Part shown: positions 15,126 through 22,217 of the stretch, piece by piece
Numbering within the stretch: the first letter of the stretch is position 1
Layout: each line of letters opens with the position of its first letter
Virus record (IMG/VR): IMGVR_UViG_2693429700_000019
Direction: 5' to 3' (one strand)
DNA: 22,217 bases
Source of the DNA: a virus
Lineage: Duplodnaviria > Heunggongvirae > Uroviricota > Caudoviricetes
The notes under the pieces: model-generated
Databases searched by the model: none
What the model was told of the DNA's origin: nothing
The model's input: only the letters and a program-made list of their open reading frames with translations
Translations under genes and position numbers: made by a program

Positions 15126-17880
15126 TTCCACTGGTCAGGCCACCCCGCAGCAGGTCTGCTTTGCGGCTGGCGCGTTCAGTGGTTTCACTGATTCTCTGTG
15201 CGTGCTCTGCGTCGCGGATGGCGCGCAGCATGTCAGAAAGCACGGTAACGGGTGTTTTCATGGTGTTCTGGTCCTGCTGAAGTGTGGATGCCAGGCGTGC
15301 GGCGGCTTCAGGGTCTGATGCCCCCAGCTGTGCCAGATAGCTGGCGACCGGGTTATGGCGGATCTCCGTGCTGCTTACGCCATGATTACGGCTCAGACGC
15401 TGCCAGAGCTGCGTGATTCGGCTGTCCGGGCGGGTATCCGGTTTGCGTACAATTTCAAATCCCTGCGGTGCAATGATGCTGCCGTCAACGTACAGACTGC
15501 CGCCCCGTAACAGGTGCTGCATCTGTTGTTCACCGATATGCAGGCCGAGAGATTCAGCAGACTCCCGCCATTCTTTAGCGAGTAACTCGTGGTTATCAGG
15601 CAAAGGCCGCTGCTGTTTGCGGCTCTGTGTCCAGTTCTGCATTTCATCGCTGCTGTTTTTTGCCTGTTTGTCACGAAGCGAACGCATCAGCGCCCGGCGT
15701 TCGTGCCGTTTCAGTGAGCGCATCCATTCATTTACTTCAACGCCGTCAGGAAGCTGCGGCCACGGTGCTGGCCGTTCTTCCGGCTGTTCTGTCCCGTTGT
15801 TGCCTGTTTCCTGTACACGGGGACAGTTATTGCCACGAGTCCAAGGGGCGGCAGGGCCGCCCTGAAGGTCAAAACCATTTTCGCGGGCGCTGTCTTCCGC
15901 TTCCGGTTTACGTCTTACCAGCTTCCAGTTATCCGGATGCGTGCACACACGGGAGGATTCCCCGATGAATGGCGACCAGATCCCGTAAATCTGTACACTC
16001 TGTTCGCCGTAATCGTTCAGCTCATCTGCGAGGTCGTAGGCTGTGCGAATCAGGTAGTCCTTGCGCGGAACAAGTACGCCACCCTGTTTTTCAATGTAGG
16101 TGGCAAAACATCCGGCATCAGCGGCAGCGAGTACCGCATCCATTGCGTCATCCTTCAGCCGTTGCGGGCCTTCCGGGTTGCGTGCCATCTGGCTGGCAAG
16201 GCGGCGGAGTTCACGCCACACCTGACGGGAGGGGATGCCAAAGAACTGGAACTGGCGGACCCGGTGAAGGCGCGCCCAGCCGATGGCTCGCTCCACGCTC
16301 TCGGCCATTGATTTACCTGTTTCGTGGTCAACGCGTGGCTTGCCCGTTTTCGGGTCGATGCCATCCACGGCGCGGCTGTCCAGGTTCTTTCCGATGTAGG
16401 TGGCGATGTAGCTGGTTGGCGTGCCTTTTGAGCCGTCGACGTACTCCGCCTTAAAGCGTGGGGTAATATCATCACCCAGCTCGTGACGATCTTCCTGAAT
16501 GGCAATATCGCGGGTGTGGGACACAATGGTGTCGATTTCTTCCGGATGAGCAAAGACCATCATATGCCAGTGCACGGTGCCGTCATGGTGAGGCTCCACC
16601 GTGCGGATGCCATACCAGCGCAGGCCGTCGCGGTTCAGTTTCTTGCGGACCGCTGCAAAAAACGTGTTAACCAGGTAATCGCTGGAGTCGCGCATGGTGG
16701 CCCCGTTCCATTTGGGATTCGGATGACCGTTCTCTGTTGTGGCGTGGTATTTTGACGGGCAGGTGACAGTTAGAAACACCGCTTTGTCGCCACGGGCTTC
16801 GGCCAGAAGTTCCAGCCCCTTCATGGTGGCCATCATTTCTGCCTTACGGTGAACCGGGTTACTTACTCCCGCGTAATACACTGTCTCGAGATCAATCGTG
16901 AACCCGTCTTCGTTTTCCAGCATGAAACTTTTCAGGAAATCGCGTGTTTTCTCGCGCTGTGCGCGAAACTCGCTTAACGCGTCCTGGCTCAGATAGGGTG
17001 ATGTTTTTCTGGAAACCAGACAGGCGGCGCGGAGTTGTTCTTCTCTCCACTCGCAACGTAACAGCCACAGTTTGCGTTTCCACCATTCCGCACAGGTCAG
17101 GCGAAGGATTGCGCCCGGCAGCAGCTCCGTGTCCGGTTCGTTCCTCCGGTCTTTATCTGTTGTCAGTGCGTCATAATGTGGAGGCATGATGTGCAGGTGT
17201 AACGCCATGCGGGCCAGCATCTGATACGCCTTCAGCGTTACATCCATGGTCAGTTCGCCATCGGTCGCGCCAAAGCCATCGCAGAGTTTTTCGAAGGTGC
17301 TGCTGAACATCGCCGCCGTCATGGTGGCCAGCGTCTGTATCTGGTGTTTGTTGAGCTGCGGCAGGTAAAGCAAATCGTCCAGGCGTTCGCGTCCGGCAAG
17401 GGAGCGATAACCCGGTGTCAGCCAGTGTCCGTCAGTGCGATCCAGACGTTCGAATATTTTGCGCAGGGTTCCGCGTGCATAGCGTTCCGCCTGCCAGCTC
17501 TTTTTGCCTTTCCGGCGATCGGCTTCCTGTTTTTTGCGCAGGAAGGAGAGGTGGCGAATAAGCGGATCGCGCAGATAGGACGGCAGCAGGCGCAGCGAGG
17601 CCATGGCTTCATCCACCGCGCCGCGTGCCTGTTTTCTGGCGTCTCCTGCCAGTGTGATGGTTTTGTCCTGTTTTTCCTGTGCGTCCAGGCTTTTATTAAT
17701 CAGGTTGCCCAGTGGCGTGGCGGAGAACGCCGCATCAGCCATTTCCTGGCGGCGCTCGTTCTCTACCCGGTAGGCATCCAGCCAGGAGGAAAGCGCGGAT
17801 TCAGGAGCGGGGATCCCCGTTCCTTCACGCCCCACTGCGTGGCGCGGTTGTTGCCAGTCCCTGATGTACTCTGCCGTCAT
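15058..17880 (-). CDS. A: Replication initiation protein A (HUH rolling-circle endonuclease, P2 gpA family), 940 aa
   Basis: HUH-type motif ..DGTVHWHMMVFAHPEE.. and catalytic tyrosine motif ..SYIATYIGKNLD.. in the middle of the protein; position upstream of the cargo locus and downstream of early small ORFs as in P2. Confidence 0.8.
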   Translation of the reverse strand: MTAEYIRDWQQPRHAVGREGTGIPAPESALSSWLDAYRVENERRQEMADAAFSATPLGNLINKSLDAQEKQDKTITLAGDARKQARGAVDEAMASLRLLPSYLRDPLIRHLSFLRKKQEADRRKGKKSWQAERYARGTLRKIFERLDRTDGHWLTPGYRSLAGRERLDDLLYLPQLNKHQIQTLATMTAAMFSSTFEKLCDGFGATDGELTMDVTLKAYQMLARMALHLHIMPPHYDALTTDKDRRNEPDTELLPGAILRLTCAEWWKRKLWLLRCEWREEQLRAACLVSRKTSPYLSQDALSEFRAQREKTRDFLKSFMLENEDGFTIDLETVYYAGVSNPVHRKAEMMATMKGLELLAEARGDKAVFLTVTCPSKYHATTENGHPNPKWNGATMRDSSDYLVNTFFAAVRKKLNRDGLRWYGIRTVEPHHDGTVHWHMMVFAHPEEIDTIVSHTRDIAIQEDRHELGDDITPRFKAEYVDGSKGTPTSYIATYIGKNLDSRAVDGIDPKTGKPRVDHETGKSMAESVERAIGWARLHRVRQFQFFGIPSRQVWRELRRLASQMARNPEGPQRLKDDAMDAVLAAADAGCFATYIEKQGGVLVPRKDYLIRTAYDLADELNDYGEQSVQIYGIWSPFIGESSRVCTHPDNWKLVRRKPEAEDSARENGFDLQGGPAAPWTRGNNCPRVQETGNNGTEQPEERPAPWPQLPDGVEVNEWMRSLKRHERRALMRSLRDKQAKNSSDEMQNWTQSRKQQRPLPDNHELLAKEWRESAESLGLHIGEQQMQHLLRGGSLYVDGSIIAPQGFEIVRKPDTRPDSRITQLWQRLSRNHGVSSTEIRHNPVASYLAQLGASDPEAAARLASTLQQDQNTMKTPVTVLSDMLRAIRDAEHAQRISETTERASRKADLLRGGLTSGNKKQTETGLTNPVNEQKTRSDI

Positions 17881-17886
17881 AGTGAT

Positions 17887-18252
17887 TTACTTCGTCATGC
17901 CATTCAGGGTGTCGCGGCAGACTGTAGCCAGCCGCTGAATTTCCAGCACGGTGTCTTCTGTGTCGGCATGGCGATGTGTGATGCGGATGCTGTCGGCAAT
18001 CACATCGACGATTGCAGAGGATGGGCGCTGGTAAATGCCAATAACGGACGGGGTGCCACCTTCAATGCGGTAAAGCCTGTAATTTCCCTCGTGGCTGTCA
18101 ATCATGTAGCGACCATCAATAACAATCTTTCCGTCAGCGAGCTGCGGTACAGACAGGGATTTCAGGTACATGTCATAACGATCACGCACGCGAGCGGCAA
18201 GATCACGCTCTGTGTTGAGCAGGTATTCAAGAAAGTCGTTGGCGAGAATCAT
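17887..18252 (-). CDS. Hypothetical early protein (121 aa), coupled to A (6-nt gap)
   Basis: ORF immediately upstream of A on the same strand; no recognised motif. Confidence 0.5.
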   Translation of the reverse strand: MILANDFLEYLLNTERDLAARVRDRYDMYLKSLSVPQLADGKIVIDGRYMIDSHEGNYRLYRIEGGTPSVIGIYQRPSSAIVDVIADSIRITHRHADTEDTVLEIQRLATVCRDTLNGMTK

Positions 18253-18393
18253 TGCGGCAATCCTCTTGTTACAGATGTGCGAAGGCCTCCCGCCGCAAGG
18301 TGCAGGAAAGGCCCGGAACAGGAATTAATGGAGTTTGTTTTGCTGCCGGATGAGCTGCTGAAGCCCGACGTGGTTTCCGGCAGTTGGAGGTGC

Positions 18394-18639
18394 TCATGCT
18401 CTGATTTCCCTCAGTAGCTGGTTGAACATCTGGGTTAGTGGGTTGCTACACCCAAACGGCATCAGGTTTACCTGATAAGAAAAGCGACCGCCTGTTTTGC
18501 GCTCTTTTCTTGTGACTAAACCGCTGCGCCAGAGACGGCGTAGCTCCGCATTAATGGTTGTGGTTGGTGTATTCAGTGCTGCGGCGATTTCTCCACCGCT
18601 ACACCCCGGATTGGCGGCGATATAGTCCAGAATGGTCAT
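18394..18639 (-). CDS. Small putative winged-helix DNA-binding protein (81 aa)
   Basis: Pattern ..GCSGGEIAAALNTPTTTINAELRRLWRSGLVTRKERKTGGRFSY.. looks like HTH plus wing; overlaps next ORF by 4 nt. Confidence 0.5.
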   Translation of the reverse strand: MTILDYIAANPGCSGGEIAAALNTPTTTINAELRRLWRSGLVTRKERKTGGRFSYQVNLMPFGCSNPLTQMFNQLLREIRA

Positions 18640-18839
18640 CTGCGTGACTCCTGTACCTGTCGGATAAGGTTCACCCGCACCACATTCGTGGCGCAGAAGT
18701 AAGTGCCGTCAGTGAGATAGATGTGATGTGCATCCTTTTCTGAACGGTGTTTGTCGATTGTGGTAATCAGGCGTTCGTCGACTTCGTATTCACGCCCTCT
18801 GGAGGTAAAACGAACGACAGGAAAATGCTTAATTGCCAT
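18636..18839 (-). CDS. Hypothetical small early protein (67 aa)
   Basis: ORF in early operon orientation; no recognised motif. Confidence 0.4.
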   Translation of the reverse strand: MAIKHFPVVRFTSRGREYEVDERLITTIDKHRSEKDAHHIYLTDGTYFCATNVVRVNLIRQVQESRR

Positions 18840-19035
18840 TACGCCTCCTTGGCGTGTGCGAATACCTCCGCGAATGCGGATTGTTTTTACATTTTCTTAT
18901 TTAATCTGTGGTTTTATTTGCTCTGTTATTCGCCAGTGAAAAAGCGTTCAATCTTTTTTATTGAATGAATAATTCGCATAATCCCAATAGCGCAGGCCAC
19001 CGAAATAATCAGAACAAGCCATGAGATAAATATAC

Positions 19036-19278
19036 TCATGCGATATTCCCCAGCTCATACGGTTCAATATGTTCCCCGCATTCTGCGGCACAGATCAGCT
19101 CGGAAAGTTCGTTAAGTGCATCCAGATCATCAGCGTAAAAAGCCACGTCATACAGACTTCGGATTGCTCTGGTCAATGAGTCACGGGCCGCACGTTCAGC
19201 ATGAGCGCCTGATGCACTTAAGCGAAAATAAAAGCGCTCAAGTGCTTTGTTAATGAGAGTTTTATATTCTTTGCCCAT
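19036..19278 (-). CDS. Hypothetical small early protein (80 aa)
   Basis: ORF in early operon orientation, acidic and helical-looking. Confidence 0.4.
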   Translation of the reverse strand: MGKEYKTLINKALERFYFRLSASGAHAERAARDSLTRAIRSLYDVAFYADDLDALNELSELICAAECGEHIEPYELGNIA

Positions 19279-19289
19279 CGCAACGCCCT

Positions 19290-19577
19290 TTAATCTGCTT
19301 TCTGAATTTCAGTTTCTGAATCCATACAGATAATTTCGATATAGGGTTTATCGCCATTAACCTGACGAGCCTTTTCAGCTTCGCTAATGATTTCGCGTAC
19401 GGTCTGGTACGGAAGTTCCACGATCAGTCGCGTGCCGTTCAGATAAACGTAAGTGGCTTCGGCGGCTCCGTTTTTCCCCGCCGGAGCCACTCCATCAATA
19501 GCGGATGCGCGTAATAACAGTTCACCGCGAAAATCAATAAAGCGGATAAATACACCTTGAGTATGGTCTTTAGTCAT
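19290..19577 (-). CDS. Hypothetical early protein (95 aa from Met MTKDHTQG..)
   Basis: Internal ATG at 19577 preceded by aggtg SD; chosen to avoid overlap with the upstream ORF. Confidence 0.45.
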   Translation of the reverse strand: MTKDHTQGVFIRFIDFRGELLLRASAIDGVAPAGKNGAAEATYVYLNGTRLIVELPYQTVREIISEAEKARQVNGDKPYIEIICMDSETEIQKAD

Positions 19578-19587
19578 AAAGCACCTG

Positions 19588-19929
19588 TTATAAATCAGCC
19601 TGTTTAATAAAACTCTGTCCACGCAGCAGACGATCAACCGTGCGAAGCGCTTCGTATAATGTGAAATCCTGCCCGAACTGATTGTCGCCGCTGCTCAGAG
19701 CAAAAATGCGGTTTCCGGTAAACGGATTGCGCGGGCATTTGTGGACCACGATTCCAGCTTTCTCAATCAGCCAGGCATGCTCGCCGATTTGTTTTACTGG
19801 GTAGCCATCCGGCGTTGCGTGTGTATCACTCAGGCTGTAGCGGATGTTGCTGCGTGATGCACTGGTAGCAAAACGGTTAGCGTGGCGTTCTGCACCATTG
19901 CGAAAGCGTGAATTACGTTGCTGTTTCAT
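19588..19929 (-). CDS. Hypothetical early protein (113 aa), basic N-terminus
   Basis: ORF preceded by a 250-bp non-coding gap; not recognised. Confidence 0.45.
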   Translation of the reverse strand: MKQQRNSRFRNGAERHANRFATSASRSNIRYSLSDTHATPDGYPVKQIGEHAWLIEKAGIVVHKCPRNPFTGNRIFALSSGDNQFGQDFTLYEALRTVDRLLRGQSFIKQADL

Positions 19930-20181
19930 GTTAAAGACTCTGTACAGATTTAATTATTCCGGCATAGAGGCCGAACTCAAAATATTTGCGATTAAATCGC
20001 ATCGCATTGTTTTCACGTTTTGCGGACTGCTGGTTCATTTTCGTTTGCCTCCGCACATGAGAATTGCGCCGCTTAAGAGGTAACCGAAGTTAATTGATAG
20101 TATTACAATTAACATAAGGTCCAATTTGTCCATGCCACACATAATTACCCTCATTGCAGTAGTTGTGGGTTGTCAGGTTTC

Positions 20182-20388
20182 TCACCCGATAAACCAGATA
20201 ACAAACGCTATCAACATCGCCCCAATAGCTGCCGGGAAAAGTCCTTTGGTATAAGCGGCGATATATTCAATGCTGAGTTCAATAAAGCGTTCTTTATGTC
20301 CCGTTAACTTGCGAAACAAATAGATCTCTATTACGCCTATCTCAATAAAAACAAGGGTCAGAATGGCGCTGATGATATGGCTGGTCAT
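20182..20388 (-). CDS. Small hydrophobic membrane protein (68 aa, two predicted TM helices)
   Basis: AILTLVFIEIGVIEIYLF and LFPAAIGAMLIAFVIWFIG hydrophobic segments; directly downstream of cox. Confidence 0.5.
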   Translation of the reverse strand: MTSHIISAILTLVFIEIGVIEIYLFRKLTGHKERFIELSIEYIAAYTKGLFPAAIGAMLIAFVIWFIG

Positions 20389-20394
20389 TTATGA

Positions 20395-20682
20395 CTAAAG
20401 TCCCAGCCACAACAACCATGCGTCGCGGCGTTCTTTCGGTTGCTCAAAAAACGCTTTGCGCATGCCTTCGTTAAATGCTGGCAGATATACCCAGTTTTCT
20501 GATGCACGCGTCTTTACTGAACCTGGTTTCACAAAGTCAATTGTTGGTAGCTTTGCTGCGTCAATCATGGTTCTGACTGTGGATTCCTTGCGGCCGATCA
20601 TCTTGGCGAATAGTTGATATGGCACCGCTTCAAGTGGATATGGTGCTACCTGAATGAACCCCCCAAGCTCTGATTCGCTCAT
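20395..20682 (-). CDS. cox: Cox-like excisionase / early-promoter regulator
   Basis: ..VPYQLFAKMIGRKESTVRTMIDAAKLPTIDFVKPGS..ENWVYLPAFNEG..RDAWLLWLGL closely parallels P2 Cox as I recall it; divergent from C. Confidence 0.85.
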   Translation of the reverse strand: MSESELGGFIQVAPYPLEAVPYQLFAKMIGRKESTVRTMIDAAKLPTIDFVKPGSVKTRASENWVYLPAFNEGMRKAFFEQPKERRDAWLLWLGL

Positions 20683-20756
20683 TGTGGTAATCTCCCTAAT
20701 TCGTTCGAATGGCTCAAAATGGCTTATATCGGCTTATTTGAGTGTTTTTATGTTTG

Positions 20757-20802
20757 TGCCCGATGTGGCATGTTGTGATGGGGGATATGCCCGATATGGC
20801 AT
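20757..20802. promoter_or_regulatory. Immunity-switch operator candidates: 15-bp direct repeats tgcccgatgtggcat / tgcccgatatggcat, 31 bp apart
   Basis: Read directly in the cox-C intergenic/5' region. P2 C repressor is known to bind direct repeats at Pe. The second repeat overlaps the probable C start codon. Confidence 0.5.
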
Positions 20803-21116
20803 CTTTGTCAAGCATGGGTGAAAAATTTCGCCTGATTCGTGAAGCAGAAGGTATGACCCGCCAGGAGTTTGCGGATTGTGTTGGGCTGCCTTATGGGACG
20901 GTAACTAACTATGAGGTGAGGGGGAAGCAAGTAACAGAGGGTGCCTTACTTAAGGTTACGAAACACCCTAAATTTAAGAAGTATGCTTATTGGTTATCAA
21001 CAGATGAAACGATGCCGGAGGTCGGGCAAATTTCTCCGGCTCTCTCTCTTGATGGTTCCTGCAATTCGGAGGGAGATCGCGTTTCAACCGAAACAATCCA
21101 AAAATTATCCCGCTGA
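20796..21116 (+). CDS. C: Immunity repressor, P2 C-like
   Basis: ..EKFRLIREAEGMTRQEFADCVGLPYGTVTNYE....KFKKYAYWLSTDETMPEVGQISPALSL.. parallels P2 C (..GVPYGTLSYYE...QFTKYTLWFMTNQIAPESGQIAPALAHFG). Start chosen at Met MASLSS (gggggat SD); ORF track begins upstream at 20742. Confidence 0.8.
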   Translation: MASLSSMGEKFRLIREAEGMTRQEFADCVGLPYGTVTNYEVRGKQVTEGALLKVTKHPKFKKYAYWLSTDETMPEVGQISPALSLDGSCNSEGDRVSTETIQKLSR

Positions 21117-21212
21117 GGCCAGAAAACTGGTTAGACCTGCTTTTTGTCTGGTCTGATTATTGCTGGAAAGAGGCTGGAGAAATTGTAGAGCGGTTCATTG
21201 GAGGGCTTCGTA

Positions 21213-22217
21213 ATGTCGATTAAGAAGCTCGAAGATGGTCGTTATTTGCTGGACATCAGGCCGAACGGACGCAAGGGAAAGCGCGTGCGTAAGGTATTTG
21301 ACAAAAAATCGGTAGCGGTGGCCACTGAACGCTACATCATGGCGAACGCTGAAAAGCGGGAATATATACAGGGCTACCGTGATCGTCGAACGCTAAATGA
21401 TTTGCTTGAGTTGTGGTGGATGTATCACGGCCAGCACAGGCGTAAGGCGGAAGAAGACCGAAAACAACTGCGCAACATAATCAATGAGCTTGGCGCTGAT
21501 ATGCAGGCTGTGGATCTTGATAAGCTGAAAATTATCGCGTGGCGTTCTCAAAAGATAGCTGATGGATTGAAACCGTCATCTGCTAACAGGTACATGAATC
21601 GGTTATCCGGAATGTTTACCGTGCTGAAAAAAATAGGTCTTTGGGATGCAGAACATCCAGTAAGGGGAATTTCTATTCTTTATGTATCTCCACGAGAAAT
21701 GGCGTTCCTGTCACAGAAGGAAGTGGCGCTATTGCTCGATACACTGGAGGGCGACTACTGGCGTGTTGCGCTTTTGTGTTTAAGCACAGGGGCGCGCTGG
21801 AGTGAAGCTTGTAAGCTTCGTGGTGAACAGATAGTTCATAACCGTGTAACGTTTCTTGAAACCAAAAATGGCCGGAAGAGAACAGTGCCAATTTCGCAGG
21901 CAGTTTGTGAGGCGATCAAAACCAGAGAAACAGGCGGCTTGTTTGAGGTGAAGTACCGGGAATTCTGCCTGGCGCTGAAAAGAGTTAAGCCCGATTTACC
22001 AAAAGGCCAGGCTGCACATGTGCTGCGGCATACGTTCGCCAGCCATTTTGTGATGAACGGAGGAAACATTATTGCGCTTCAGAAGATTCTTGGTCACGCA
22101 ACCATTCAGCAAACAATGGCATATGCGCATTTTGCACCGGATTACCTGCAGGATGCGGTGGCCCTTAATCCGCTGAAAGGTGGCGTAAGTGTCCACGCAG
22201 TGTCCACGGGGGATTAA
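21213..22217 (+). CDS. int: Tyrosine integrase, P2 Int family
   Basis: MSIKKLEDGRY..RPNGRKGKR.. N-terminus and C-terminal ..LCLSTGARWSEA..HNRVTF..KNG..RTVPIS....HVLRHTFASHFVMNGGNIIALQKILGHATIQQTMAYAHFAPDYLQDA.. (R...H-x-x-R...Y catalytic pattern). Stop is the last codon of the window. Confidence 0.9.
   Translation: MSIKKLEDGRYLLDIRPNGRKGKRVRKVFDKKSVAVATERYIMANAEKREYIQGYRDRRTLNDLLELWWMYHGQHRRKAEEDRKQLRNIINELGADMQAVDLDKLKIIAWRSQKIADGLKPSSANRYMNRLSGMFTVLKKIGLWDAEHPVRGISILYVSPREMAFLSQKEVALLLDTLEGDYWRVALLCLSTGARWSEACKLRGEQIVHNRVTFLETKNGRKRTVPISQAVCEAIKTRETGGLFEVKYREFCLALKRVKPDLPKGQAAHVLRHTFASHFVMNGGNIIALQKILGHATIQQTMAYAHFAPDYLQDAVALNPLKGGVSVHAVSTGD

Noticed and set aside
17344-18417. 357-aa ORF on the plus strand
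   Set aside because: Antisense to the A gene 5' end and the 121-aa early gene; Cys/Arg/Ala-rich translation without protein-like character; no SD or operon context.

Overview
The window is almost entirely a P2-family (Peduovirus-like) prophage in an enterobacterial chromosome. Positions 1-150 look like host DNA: a REP-type palindromic element abuts the stop codon of a tail-fibre gene that is truncated to its conserved N-terminal ~384 codons. A co-linear late morphogenesis block follows on the minus strand (H', I, J, W, V, S, R, spanins LysC/LysB, an M15-peptidase endolysin, holin, X, L, M, N, O), with divergent terminase P and portal Q on the plus strand. After Q comes ~1.1 kb of structured, largely non-coding DNA (presumed cos region) and a cargo locus at the position P2 uses for tin/old. 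That locus holds an 89-aa Cys-containing protein and a complete ParM/ParR (StbA/StbB-like, type II partition) pair just downstream of a long replication-initiator A gene, with two ~38-bp hairpin-containing direct repeats at the A/parM junction. The early region upstream of A carries seven small ORFs and no recognisable P2 B gene, then the cox | C switch and a tyrosine integrase ending at the window edge. Tail sheath, tube, tape-measure, D and ogr are absent from the window, so this looks like a defective prophage. The best candidate for something unusual is the ParMR-like actin-type module and its flanking repeats and structured non-coding DNA in the P2 cargo hotspot. All calls are from reading the ORF translations and sequence by eye; no searches were run.
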